Assembly: GCF_006345805.1 (NCBI RefSeq)
Contig: NC_043008.1
Span: 10,168,001-10,232,000 of the forward strand
Reading direction: 5' to 3'
DNA: 64,000 bases
Origin: Octopus sinensis
Lineage: Eukaryota
Below, piece after piece: positions 47,852 to 57,978 of this stretch; within the stretch, counting starts at the first letter, position 1; every line of letters starts with the position of its first letter. A program made the position numbers and the translations under genes. Under the pieces are notes generated by a model that worked only from the letters and a program-made list of their open reading frames with translations, ran no database searches and was not told the DNA's origin.

Positions 47852-50800
47852 GCCATATAATGTATATCTGCTACAAGTTCCAGTCCTTGTCACAGTGTGG
47901 TGGCTTCTGTGCCTCAATGGCCCTGAGAGCTATGCCAGCAGAGTGCCAGCAGCTGATATCCAATGTGTCATTCCTTTTAAGATCATACTATATCACTTGA
48001 AGGAAATTTGACTGCTATTTCTAGCCAGTCAAGTGACCATATAACAAGTTGTTATCCTGATCTCAGGTATTGAGGAGTGCATTAATTAAAAATTAAACTT
48101 TGGTAAAATGCTGAAAACAATGAGAAGCTTACCAGACACAGTGAAAATCTCCCTGAGTAAATGTCGAACGATATCACAATGGGCATAGTTTGTTGGTAGA
48201 AGCACAAACATTACAGAATTGGTTAGGAATCTAAGGAATTCTTTCTCCTTTTCTTCATTCTCTAACCAGGGATAAATTGTGTATTTGTGATTGGCTGATG
48301 ATTCCTTTGACCTAACAGCAGCAACAGAAGAAGAAATAAAGAAACTTAAAGATCTTGTCAGTTTTCTGATGATCAGTTACTTTTAAAAAGAAAATGGATT
48401 CACTGGAGTATAGAAATCTTACAATCTAATCTATTATTATCATCAATATTGATTTCAAAGGCGGCGAGCTGGCAGAAACGTTAGCGCACCGGGCGAAATG
48501 CTTAGCAGTATTTCGCCTGTTGTTACGTTCTGAGTTCAAATTCCGCTGAGGTCGACTTTGCCTTTCATCCTTTCGGGGGTTGATAAATAAAGTACCAATT
48601 TCGCACTGGGGTCGATGTAATTGACTTAATCCCTTTGTCTGCCCTTGTTTGTCCTCTCTGTGTTTAGCCCCTTGTGGGTAGTAAAGAAATAGGTATTTCG
48701 TCTGTCATTAAGTTCTGAGTTCAAATTCCACCGAGGTCAACTTTGCCTTTCATCCTTTCAGGGTCGATAAATAAAGTACCAGTTTCACACTGGGGTTGAT
48801 GTAATCGACTTAATCCGTTTGTCTGTCCTTGTTTGTCCCCTCTATGTTTAGCCCCTTGTGGGTAGTAAAGAGATAAATTATTATCAATATTGATTTCAAA
48901 TTTTGGCACAAGGCCAACAATATCAGAGAAGGGGTATTGATTATATCGATCTCAGTGCTCAACTGATCCCAAAAGGATGAAAGGCAAAGTTGACCTCAGC
49001 AGAAATTGAACTCAGAACGTAATGACGGATGAAATGCTGCTATGTCCACTTACCAATTCATTTTGTGGGTCAGAGCTTGTAGAGAATGGGTAATCATCAT
49101 TATCGTTATCATCATCGTTTAATGTCCGCTTTCCGTTCTAGCATGGGTCGGACAATTTTGACTGAGGGCTGGCGAACCAGATGGCTGCACCTGGCTCCAG
49201 TCTGATCTGACAGAGTTTCTACAGCTGGATGCTCTTCCTAACGCCAACCACTCCGAGAGTGTAGTGGGTGCTTTTTACGTGCCACCGGCATGGGGGCCAG
49301 TCAGGCAGTACTGGCAATGACCTCGCTCGAATCTTTTTACACATACCACCGGCACAGGTGCCAGTAAGGCGACACTGGTAACGATTATGCTCGAATGGTG
49401 CCCTTTTATGTGCCACCGGCACGGAAGCCAGTTAGCCGCTCTGACAAATATGAGGGAAAGAATTACTTATCACTCATATGGCTTACTGTGTCTCTTTGAT
49501 GATATTTGCGGGATTGAAAGAGACCAAAAATGAATTGGTCAAAGAAACAAATAAAAAAAAAAAATGTAAGATTAATACTTACGTTTTCGATGATAACCGT
49601 ATCTCTTTAAAGTGATTGTGTAATGCATTAATGAGGTCCTGCGTCATGAACTTCACCATGTCAACTTTCGACAAGCGAACAGACAGTTTCTCTATTACAA
49701 TCCAAATGTCAGATCTGTGAGTAAAGAAAAAGAAACAAAGAATGGCCAGTATAAATGGACCAATTCTGAGGATACACCTGTAGTATAAAAAGGTATTATA
49801 AAAGGAGAAAGGGGCTCTCTACCCCCATTTTGACTAGGCTCCTGTGGCTTTTATGGGTTTTTCCATGAGTAACCTTTCGAAGCACCTGCCCCTATTGGGA
49901 ATTTCAATTGTTATATTTTCGTTGTTTTCTCTGGAATTTTTACACGTTTTTTTTTCAAACGGACAAAACCTTTGTAACTTTCGTCCTGTGTTTTCTCCCT
50001 TTATGTTTTAATTAATTTTTGTCAGCCCTTGTGGCCAATAAACGAATTAATTATTATTATTAGACAAAAACCAAGTAGATTCCCAATGTAGATTATGCAA
50101 ATCAAAAGAGGAAAGCATTGCTCATACAGTAAGTGAATGTAGCATGCTGGCACAAAAAGAATACAAGAAAAGACATGACAATCTAGGGAGAGCAATCCAC
50201 TAGAAGCTATGTAGAAAGCTAGGATTTGAACATACGGATAAAAGATATGAACATGAATGAAATAAAGTATTAGAAAGTAAGAAATACAAGATGTTGTGGG
50301 ACTTTAACATTCAGACTGACAGAGCAATAGAAGCTAGAATGCCTGATTTGACAGTAGTAGATAAAGAGAATAGAAAGTGCCAGATAATTGACTTTACTGT
50401 TTCAAATGATGAAGAAATTAATATGAGGTATATAGAAAAATAGCAAAGTCCCTGGACCTAGCCATTTAATTACAGAGACTATGGAAAGTGTAGGTAAAAT
50501 GTATCCCTGTAGTTACAGGTGCATTAGGAACTATCCCTAAAGATCTGAACAGATGGGTAGAGGAAATAGGCATAAAACCCAGCTTAGTCCAGCGACAGAA
50601 AACAGTGTTATTAGGGACAGCTAGGATACTTAGGAGGGTTCTTGGCATTTAAGGTTGTTTGATGTAGCCCGATGTTAGAATTATTTTCTTTTCCAACAGT
50701 TGAGTATATATGAATAATAATAATAATAATAATAATAACAATAATGATAAATTGCTACTAACTTGATTAACTGTGCTACTGACTCATCATCTTTACCAAT

Positions 50801-52217
50801 GGGTTTATACCATGTCATGACAAAATCTCTAATTGACAGGTCGATTACTTCAAGAATGGCCAAATCCAAGTTCTGTGATGTTACCACTTTCCTTTGTTTT
50901 GAGAGAAGAGCCATTTTCTTTTTCTGCAAATGAAAGAGATAACAAAAAGAGGAGTAAAGAAATGAAAAAATAAAAATAAAAACTTTAGCAATTAGGTGTA
51001 GGAGTGGCTGTGTGGTAAGTAGCTTGCTTACGAACCATATGGTTCTGGGTTCAGTCCCACTGCGTGGCACCTTGGGCAAGTGTCTTCTACTATAGCCTCG
51101 GGCTGACCAAAGCCTTGTGAGTGGACTTGGTAGGTGGAAACTGAAAGAAGCCTGTCGTATATATGTATATATATATATATGTATGTGTGTATATGTTTGT
51201 GTGTCTGTGCTTGTCTTCCCCCAACATCGCTTGACAACTGATGCTGGTGTGTTTACGTCCCCGTAACTTAGCGGTTTGGCAAAAGAGACTGATAGAATAA
51301 GTACTAGGCTTACAAAGAAGTCCTAGGGTCGATTTGCTCGACTGAAGGCGGTGCTCCAGCATGGTCACAGTCAAATGACTGAAACAAGTAAAAGAGTAAT
51401 TATTTCACATAACGTTTCATGGGTGCCTTTAACTGCCCAAGACTCTCCACTAGAAGTAGAGATGGGATGGTCACAGCTGAAACACTTTGTATTGTACATC
51501 TGCTCATTCAGGGCTGATATGAGACTAAAAGATACTTAATTTCAACTTTAGACAATGTTTGCCATACTATGCAGCAGTGAAACATGGGCTGTGACTGCCA
51601 AGGACATGTGACAGCCTGAAAGAAATAAAGCTAGTATGCTTTGCTGGATCTGCACTGTCAGTGTGCATGTACAACAGAGCGTAAGCATCTTGAGAGAAAA
51701 TTTGGGTATAAGAGGCATGAGATGTGATGAGCAAGAGAGAAGACTGTGCTGGTATGGTGATATGATGCATATGAGCGAGGACAGCTGCGTAAAGAGGTGC
51801 TGATCTCTATGGAGGGAACCAGGAAGACATGAGACAAGGTGGTGAAGCATGATCTTTTGAATGTTGGGCCTCAGGGAGATGATGACAAGTGACCAAGATC
51901 TCTGGTGATTTGCTGTGCTTGAGAAGACTCACCATGCCATGTGAAATTGTAGTCATGGCTGATTCTGGTGACACGTAAATAGCACCCACTACACTCTTGG
52001 AATGGTTGGCGTTAGGAAAGGCATCCAGCTGTAGAAACGTAGCCAGATCAGACTGGAACCTTGTACAGCTCTCTAGGTTACCAGTTTCAATCAAATCATC
52101 TAATTCATGCCAGAATGGAAAGCGGACACTAAATGATGATGATGATGGTGATGATGATGATGATGGTGATGATGGTGATGATGATGATGATGATGATGAT
52201 GATGGTGATGATGATGG

Positions 52218-52279
<62 letters not shown>

Positions 52280-52566
52280 TTTCATTCTTCATTAGTTGTA
52301 AACGTGAAATGTATTTTTCTTTAAAAAAAGGAAATGCTTACCTTGACTTTCTGAACCAGAAGCCCTAGGAAACTCGAAGTCTGAGGTGGTAATGCTGTAC
52401 GGTAAAATGGGCTTCTGTCAATGAACCATCGCACTCCGACCGACACGCCAAGAAGGCAGACCGATGCGTAGAGCAATGTGAAGGAGATATAGCTAAACAA
52501 ACCATGGCGCCAGAATACTGCAAGTGCCACACCTCCAAGACTGAAAGCCAGGGACAATCTCTTCAT
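19224..52566 (-). CDS. SNX25: Sorting nexin-25 (TM-PXA-RGS-PX-Nexin_C), complete gene, 22 coding exons, 944 aa
   Basis: The 22 exons listed below join in phase (2835 nt). Diagnostic GDLLKARNLKIYINQLTVAKTTCEKRIHAIGGP, RTDLWWENQGKW, QSEALFEFLSPAPDFL and C-terminal SLWPNG/NKQLFY/CPEL match SNX25 rather than SNX13/14/19 as I recall them. Confidence 0.93.
19896..19996 (-). CDS. SNX25: SNX25 exon 21
   Basis: DVLKTLVGDDNARQGTIKIFEILQDVQLNKQLFY; gtaagt donor. Confidence 0.92.
20081..20560 (+). mobile_element. tRNA-derived SINE family 3, split in its head by a family-2 SINE with a 14-bp TSD
   Basis: A-box tggcttagtgg, B-box ggtttcgattcc; TSD ggttag(t/g)gtgtcag at 20099-20112 and 20332-20345. Confidence 0.75.
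21629..21810 (-). CDS. SNX25: SNX25 exon 20
   Basis: QLRMAVDWMFSDSMLIYYIKTFKDSLWPNG...IIQNVP. Confidence 0.93.
22718..22864 (-). CDS. SNX25: SNX25 exon 19
   Basis: GKEEQNRDSIAEPLHHLINEIFELHGPLKWLRKSF...PIN; weak AAG acceptor, gtgaac donor. Confidence 0.88.
24170..24650 (+). mobile_element. Mariner-like MITE end interrupted by a (GAT)n-tailed element; related copy about 30487-30720
   Basis: aaagttcctggcttt..gaaaatacagg..aattatgatt..ctcagattcacacacttattgc shared between both loci. Confidence 0.55.
24790..24849 (-). CDS. SNX25: SNX25 exon 18
   Basis: LPVNSDTDAEDEFLFVNCE; tccag acceptor, gtaagt donor; phase 2/2. Confidence 0.85.
25995..26128 (-). CDS. SNX25: SNX25 exon 17
   Basis: TVMKDDRMAQSEALFEFLSPAPDFL...FSLGKLFR. 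Confidence 0.93.
26340..26970. mobile_element. Two CR1-like RT fragments in inverted orientation
   Basis: + strand: FAKAF..LGEWLHDFLKDRSQ.V..G.PQGTVLGPLLF; - strand copy of the same segment ending near SYTDDTK. Confidence 0.8.
28588..29425. repeat. 32-bp minisatellite, about 26 units (TTGGCA[C/T]TGCTAG[C/G]TTTCCATACTTTGTGATT)
   Basis: Directly visible tandem array in SNX25 intron 16. Confidence 0.95.
29634..29747 (-). CDS. SNX25: SNX25 exon 16 (PX domain)
   Basis: IGAWLKKKELPSTNKMWFKSIGESFLEKAKETLNNYLI. Confidence 0.92.
30031..30460 (+). mobile_element. 5'-truncated CR1-clade LINE abutting the end of a TTAA MITE
   Basis: Near-identical to about 3868-4290; begins directly after ...ctaaagggtt. 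Confidence 0.85.
31743..32140 (+). mobile_element. Probable 3' end of an RTE-type LINE encoding three C2H2-like fingers
   Basis: CNVCARPCLSKAGLMSHLRSH / CRARGRQCNSAGGLKRHAKVH / CQFCTRHSRSLAGLKSHIQSQH*; short UTR, then (TATG)/(TAAG) tail. Confidence 0.6.
32205..32348 (-). CDS. SNX25: SNX25 exon 15 (PX domain)
   Basis: IVSEGDKLTPYFVIGVDV...GWSISRTLADFGVLHEKLIQ. Confidence 0.92.
33396..33536 (-). CDS. SNX25: SNX25 exon 14
   Basis: FKKVVEDLKKELE...RTDLWWENQGKWKAQVHSAD. Confidence 0.93.
33590..33735. repeat. 27-30-bp imperfect tandem repeat (CATATGCACACACATTCA...)
   Basis: Directly visible next to the SNX25 exon 14 acceptor. Confidence 0.8.
34936..35108 (-). CDS. SNX25: SNX25 exon 13
   Basis: DCIDGKESF...KKLEKLDEKIVNKSQALATLLTSTKADSK (coiled coil). 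Confidence 0.9.
36205..36346 (-). CDS. SNX25: SNX25 exon 12 (end of RGS domain)
   Basis: GLDGFADGQTQVYQLLEKEHYSSFIVSDIYHEYI... Confidence 0.92.
37879..37998 (-). CDS. SNX25: SNX25 exon 11 (RGS domain)
   Basis: DEQRTKACQILQQYFSSSNNSIILEKKIIKMMESFVLGDT. Confidence 0.9.
39680..39719 (-). CDS. SNX25: SNX25 exon 10 (40 nt, RGS domain)
   Basis: FWNDVEELKQIAK; tgtag acceptor, gtaggt donor; supplies the conserved RGS FW motif. Confidence 0.85.
40480..41100 (-). mobile_element. Degenerate RTE LINE 3' fragment containing an expanded 21-bp minisatellite
   Basis: Flanks resemble the RTE end at 51548-51935 (gaggactgctgtataaaa; gatgacaaaggaccag). Confidence 0.55.
40668..41009. repeat. 21-bp minisatellite, about 16 units (TCCTCCTCTCTTACATCTGGT)
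   Basis: Directly visible; gives the PPLLHLV and SSSLTSG repeat ORFs. Confidence 0.95.
42668..42759 (-). CDS. SNX25: SNX25 exon 9 (start of RGS domain)
   Basis: IISVKTVMDTPELRLFFLKFLRRNNTHALL; tacag acceptor, gtaagt donor. Confidence 0.87.
43155..43200 (-). ncRNA. Minimal type-I hammerhead ribozyme motif (family A), Penelope-like remnant (about 43110-43270)
   Basis: Minus strand GACAC CTGATGA A GGCTG GAGGGTATAT CAGCC GAAA CATT GTGTT; intact CUGAUGA and GAAA core, 5-bp stem II, 5-bp stem I. Confidence 0.72.
43631..43744 (-). CDS. SNX25: SNX25 exon 8
   Basis: LTVAKTTCEKRIHAIGGPDY...PGQK. Confidence 0.93.
44402..44478 (-). CDS. SNX25: SNX25 exon 7
   Basis: KAHVPKSMAKGDLLKARNLKIYINQ. Confidence 0.93.
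44778..44851 (-). CDS. SNX25: SNX25 exon 6
   Basis: YNIISEILQATTINNWKKSQGIST. Confidence 0.9.
44935..45220 (+). mobile_element. RTE-clade LINE 3' fragment
   Basis: WRKHVGGQLKTWITTIKEDL..AQDRRKWAAMV; CAAGTA-like tail. Confidence 0.7.
46553..46739 (-). CDS. SNX25: SNX25 exon 5
   Basis: VLKPAIDLLCDPEFINEQL...YSYAATYEEFVKMIQNCEDIECLKQL. Confidence 0.93.
47015..47061 (+). ncRNA. Minimal type-I hammerhead ribozyme motif (family C)
   Basis: TCTAGA CCGATGA T GGG CAAAGA CCC T GAAA CATGCGT GTC TCTAGA; 6-bp stem I, GUC cleavage triplet. Confidence 0.68.
47708..47743 (+). ncRNA. Minimal hammerhead-like motif (family D), Penelope-like remnant (about 47640-47820)
   Basis: CTTT CTGTAGA A GAGC GTAG GCTT GAAA CGTA AAAG; stems I and II, palindromic ACGT stem III; core A6 is T. 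Confidence 0.55.
48133..48311 (-). CDS. SNX25: SNX25 exon 4 (PXA domain)
   Basis: YPWLENEEKEKEFLRFLTNSVMFVLLP...RHLLREIFTVS. Confidence 0.92.
49583..49714 (-). CDS. SNX25: SNX25 exon 3 (PXA domain)
   Basis: SDIWIVIEKLSVRLSKVDMVKFMTQDLINALHNHFKEIRLSSK. Confidence 0.92.
50063..50748 (+). mobile_element. 3' fragment of an R4/Dong-like non-LTR retrotransposon (CCHC finger plus restriction-like endonuclease), pseudogenised, (AAT)n tail
   Basis: Frame from 50063: CRLCKSKEESIAHTVSEC..KKRHDNLG..LWDFNIQTDRAIEARMPDLTVVDK...; internal stops; C-terminal VVTGALG..LGTARILRRVLGI*. Confidence 0.8.
50763..50923 (-). CDS. SNX25: SNX25 exon 2 (start of PXA domain)
   Basis: KKKMALL...NLDLAILEVIDLSIRDFVMTWYKPIGKDDESVAQLI. 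Confidence 0.92.
51548..52279 (+). mobile_element. Degenerate RTE LINE 3' end continuing into the abundant (GAT)n-tailed 3'UTR element; tail expanded to about 150 bp
   Basis: RTE C-terminal remnants (aagactgtgctggtatgg..atgcatatg, gaggacagctgcgtaaag) followed by gcacccactacac..aggcatccagctgtagaa..ggacactaaat(gat)n. Confidence 0.7.
52132..52279. repeat. (GAT)n/(GGT) trinucleotide tract
   Basis: Directly visible; it is the retroelement tail and gives the poly-H, poly-D and poly-M ORFs. Confidence 0.95.
52342..52566 (-). CDS. SNX25: SNX25 exon 1 (start codon, N-terminal transmembrane segments)
   Basis: MKRLSLAFSLGGVALAVFWRHGLFSYISFTLLYASVCLLGVSVGVRWF...QKVK; aag|gtaagc donor. Confidence 0.88.
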
Positions 52567-53164
52567 TATATCAACAATTCATTGTCCTTAAAAGGAAATA
52601 ACAAAATAGGCATTTTAGAAAAAATCTGGAAAATATTCAGTTCTGTTGCACATTTCACATTAGAAGCACTAATATATTTTTTTTCTACCTTTAAGGACCA
52701 TTTGCACATTCATAACTATAAAAAATTGTATATTTATAGTTATAAAAAAGAAGTTTGAAAACGCCACTATATAAGATAAATTTAATTTTCTTAGAGATTT
52801 TACATGTTTCGGTTCTTCTTGAAAAAAAACGAACTTTATCAAAAATATGTTTAAAAGTTAAGTGTAATAAAAAAGTTCATAATTGTTTCTTATTAATCTC
52901 AACAGAGTCCACATGGTGGTGTTTTGTGGCAGGGGGAGCATAATGGCTGTCTTGTGTGTTAACTAGAATCATTGGCTGTATAGTTATATTTATATCTGCT
53001 AAAACGATATCATAATACTGTTGTCCTTATGTATACTTGACCTGGGGTGAAAACAATAAAACAACTTGGTAGCCTTCTCAGATCATCACGGGACACGTGA
53101 TATGACCATACATATACTTTATTACTAAAACTGCAAACACATCACAAAAAACTGCTACTCATTC

Positions 53165-54055
53165 CCATTCATTGGACAGTTGTGAATCACAACTGTCTGA
53201 CAAACAGGAACGTGAAACTCTGAGTAACAGCTTTTGCAGCTTTAATAGTAAAGCATATTACTCTACCCCCAGTACTCGATTGCTATTTTCTCCCTACCGT
53301 GTTTCACATTTATGTGCTTACTCTGGTATATATATCTCTCTCTGTTTTTCTTTTACTCTCTTTTACTTGTTTCAGTCATTTGACTGCGGTCATGCTGGAG
53401 CACCGCCTTTAGTTGAGCAAATCGACCCCGGGACTTATTCTTTGTAAGCCCAGTACTTATTCTATCAGTCTCTTTTGCCGAAACACTAAGTGACTGGGAC
53501 GTAAACTCACCACCATCGGTTGTCAAGCAATGCTAGGGGGACAAACACAGACACACAAACATACAAATATACGACAGGCTTCTTTCAGTTTCCGTCTGCC
53601 AAATCCACTCACAAGGCATTGGTCGGCCCGAGTATATAGTAGAAGACACTTGCCCATGGTGCCACGCAGTTGGACTGAACCCGGAACCATGTGGTTGGTA
53701 AGCAAGCTACTTACCACACAGCTACTCCTGCGCCTACATTATCATATATATATATATGATAGTGTATGAAATATATATGCATGCTAACCACTTGTATAAA
53801 TTTAATAATTTTTACCCTCGTATTTATAAAGTTATATAGACACTGAAGGATTACCATATATACAAGAGAAAGTATATAAATGTGAAACAAGGTGGAAAAA
53901 ATAGTATTCGAATACCGGAGGTAGAGTAAAATGCTTTATTAATAAAGCTGCAAAGACGTCACAAAAACTGTTATTCAGAGTTTCACGTTCCTGCTCGTCT
54001 GACAGTTTGAGTTGAGAAACCAAAACTCTGAGTAACAGTTTTTGTGATGTCTTCA
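53165..54055. mobile_element. Penelope-like terminal repeat remnants (family E): + copy about 53165-53340, - copy about 53860-54010, inverted partial copy 54023-54053; each carries a hammerhead motif or half motif
   Basis: Shared sequence GAAACTCTGAGTAACAGTTTTTG...TAAAGCA.TTACTCTACC...GTTTCACATTTA. Reconstructed consensus AAACTGT CTGACGAG CAGGAACGT GAAA CTCTGAGTA ACAGTTT. Confidence 0.7.
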
Positions 54056-54409
54056 AATATGCTCGCGGAAATATTCGAACCCACAAGAAAGCCATTCACT
54101 GTATTTTGTCATGGAGAAAATTTCTCGCTGTAGACAGCGGGTTCGAATATGAGCAATCTTTCGCTTTGACTCGAAGGCGTGTACGCACAGCTGAGCTGCG
54201 AGTTATATCGAAGGATAGCTCGAATATGCGTCGAGCATATTTGAACCGGCAACAAGTTTGGGCGTAACTTTGGTATAAGTACCTGATACATTTCAAGAAA
54301 GTGCTTTCTTTATATATGGGGGGGTTAGAGTTAGGGGTGGGAGAAAAGGGTTTCTCTTATCTTCAGAACTGTAAACAAAGTCACGTGTGTACCTATACCG
54401 AAGGATCGC

Positions 54410-54446
<37 letters not shown>

Positions 54447-55815
54447 TATATATATATATATACATATATATATCTTAATCTTATATTGAATTTTAATGTA
54501 TATATGTATGTTATTATGGTTCTTGTTTTGTTAAATAAATAAGTCAACATCCTAATATCCTAAAGCTGATAAACCAATTAAATTGTTTCTCCATTTTCTT
54601 ATTTGTATTATATATATATATATATATATATCACCGTGACCGACCAGGCTATCAGATGTTGCTACAGATCGCTAGTCACAATGCGCTTCGCATTGTTTTA
54701 GCCTTCAAATGACGCCACCCCGCTGGCTAAGCGAGCAGGCCAATATATATATGAATGAATGAATGAGGGTCAAACGAAACAAAAGGGCACTCAACACATA
54801 TAGTAGGAGTTACATGTATTATTTAAAATAGTTTGCTTCGGTTCTATGCGGTTTAGTTTCGCAGGCCCTTAAAAGGCCATCTCTTTTAGGCTTCAGACGT
54901 GTTTGCTTGTATGTATGGTTCTTAAGACAAGTGCTGGTAAGGGTTTAATATATATTTCTTTACTACCCACAAGGGGCTAAACACAGAGGGGACAAACAAG
55001 GACAGACAAAGGGATTAAGCCGATTATATCGACCCCCGTGCATAACTGGTACTTAATTTATCGACCCCGAAAGGATGAAAGGCAAAGTCGACCTCGGCGG
55101 AATTTGAACTCAGAACGTAGCGGCAGACGAAATACGGTTACGCATTCCGCCAAGCATGCTAACGGTTCTGCCAGCTAGTAAGGGTTTAATATATTTGTCA
55201 AAAAAGTCGCTCCTTAGACAACGATCGTCTTTATTTACTATTTGTGGGTGGGGCAAATAATTAATTACACAATTACTCTAGTCATGAAGCTATACATGCT
55301 TTCTTTTTTCTGAAACGAAATCTAAGAACCAGTTACATCGTTATTTTTCAAAAACTGCATTAGACAGGAAATAAACGAAGCATATATTCAATGAATTTAA
55401 ATGGAATCATTTATCGATCTACGTACGGTCTTTTCTCGTTTAATCTTGTCTGCACTTTGATCATTTTGCTTCCGTGATCAACCGGTGTCACCCGAATCTG
55501 TCCCCGACGAAATAATTTCCTTAAATCAATGTTCTCCATTTTATTAATGTCGTCTCTTCTCACATCTACAGTAATTTCTACCTTTCGTAGATTGTTACTC
55601 TCTCTCTCTCTCTTTTACTCTCTTTTACTTGTTTCAGTCATTTGACTGTGGCCATGCTGGAGCACCGCCTTTAGTCGAGCAAATCGACCCCAGGACTTAT
55701 TCTTTTGTAAGCCTAGTACTTATTCTATCGGTCTCTTTTTGCCGAACCGCTAAGTTACGGGGGACGTAAACACACCAGCATCGGTTGTCAAGCGATGTTG
55801 GGAGGACAAACGCAG

Positions 55816-55856
<41 letters not shown>

Positions 55857-57978
55857 CACACATATACGATGGGCTTCTTTCAGTTTGCCTCTACCAAATC
55901 CACTCACAAGACTCTGGACTGAACCCGGGACCATGTGGTTGGTAAGCAAGCTACTTACCACACAGCCACTCCTGTCTTGTGTTAAATCATTTCTTTGTAA
56001 ACCAGACTTCTAAACTTATTTTTCTTAGCTGTTGTTTTGTAGCTTCAGCTGTAAGAACCATCAGAGTGTCCTTGTCACACTGCTGTCAACTTTGGCTTTC
56101 GTCACGAATCCCTAACCATTATTGATTTATTCTTTATTATGTATCGTAATTTACTGTAATTTAATGATTAAAACAATCATCCAAAGTCGAGGGGCAGGAA
56201 TCTGTAGTTATGCCATTTTTTTTTTACAACTGCGATTTCTGATTTTGTTTACGCGAAATTATAAAAAAGAAAATTTTGTAAGATTTGGCTGTTATTTCTA
56301 GCAGGTGGAGAGGCCTTCTAGGCTTAACACTATATGTTGGTTGAAAATCACCTAAAAATTCTTCAAGGCGGTATCCCAGCATGGCCGCAGTCCAGTGACT
56401 GAAACAAATAAAAAGATTTTTAGAAATAAAAAAAAAAGAACCAAGAAATATAACCGGGTGGGGGGTATAAAAAATTTCAAGAGATTTGGCTGTTATTTCT
56501 AGCATATTGAGAGACCTTCTAGGCTTAACTTCATGGGCTGGTTGAAAATCATCTAGAAAAATTCTGGGGTCGATACAATCGACTAAAAGTTCCTCAACGT
56601 GATGCCCCAGCATGGCCGCAGTCTAACAACTGCAGCAAGTAAAAAATTTTTGGGGTCGATTCATTCAACTAATAATTCTAAAAACGAAATAAATAAATAA
56701 ATAAATAACCTATTTCTTTACCACCCACAAGGGGCTAAGACGGAATATATCGATCCCTGTGCGTAACTGGTACTTATTTTATCGACCCCGAAATGATGAA
56801 AGGCAAAGTAGACCTCGGCGGAATTTGAAATCAGAACGTAGCGGCAGACGAAATACCTATTTCTTTATTACCCACAAGGGGCTAAACATAGAGGGGACAA
56901 ACAAGGACAGACATAGGTATTAAGTCGATTACATCGACCCCAGTGCGTAACTGGTACTTAATTTATCGACCCCGAAAGGATGAAAGGCAAAGTCGACCTC
57001 GGCGGAATTTGAACTCAGAACGTAGAAAAATATAACCGTGGGGCTTTTGTCCGAGGAGGCGTTTTCCCTGGTGGGGGCGGATCCCACGTCATCTACACTT
57101 TTGGAAAATTCCCATTGCAAATGAATTAATTGAATGTAGTGAAATAATTTTAACTTTCAACGAAATTAGATATTCTTTTCTACACTAGGCACAAGGCCCG
57201 AAATTTGGGGGGAGGGGGCCAGTCGAATAGATCGACCCCAGTGTACAACTGGTACTTAATTTATCGACCCCCGAATGAATGAAAGGCAAAGTCGACCTCG
57301 GCGGAGTTTGAACTCAGAACGTGGCAGCTGACGAAATACTTATTTCTTTACTGCCCACAAGGGGCTACACACAGAGAGGACAAACAAGAAGAGACAAAGA
57401 GATTAAGTCGATTACATCGACTCCAGTGCGTAACTGGTACTTAATTTATCGACCCCGAAAGGATGAAAGGCAAAGTCGGCCTCGGCGGAGTTTGAACTCA
57501 GAACATAAAGACGAAATACTGCTAAGGATTTCGCCCAGCGTGCTAACGTTTCTGCCAGCTCAGCACTGTACGGCATTTGGTCCTCTATTACTTATGTCAC
57601 TTAATCATCATAGAAGCAAATAATGATTAAATAATTATTAAGAAAATATTGGATAATTAAGGGAACCTGTTTCTTCGAGACAAAATACATTTGGAAGGTA
57701 GTGTATCTAGAATAGTCTCCCTTGTTGGTCATCTCTTTGTCAATTAATTAATTGGATTTTAATTAATAAAAAAATACAAATTTGAATGCAATAAATTATA
57801 AAATATATATTTGTAGTGATTCAGAAATGAGCTTATTCCTGTTTATGGAAGTGTATTTAGTTTAGATCGGTCGACCAATGAATGGAATTGTAATTGTTCT
57901 CTGTGTATATATTGACCGACCTCTGCCAGAGAAGACATAAAAACGAAGGTTGGCAAGTTGCTTCATCGCCTTCCCCCG

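Noticed and set aside
49480-49520. Hammerhead-like TTGATGA...GAAA GAGAC; also CTGATGA at about 43019
   Set aside because: No stem III or cleavage triplet in the first, and no GAAA partner in the second.
52100-52368. Poly-His, poly-Asp and poly-Met ORFs
   Set aside because: These are translations of the (GAT)n retroelement tail in different frames, with no splice or coding context.
54378-54390. GTCACGTG E-box/CLEAR-like motif upstream of SNX25
   Set aside because: A single short motif 1.8 kb from the ATG; similar motifs occur inside SINEs, so chance cannot be excluded.
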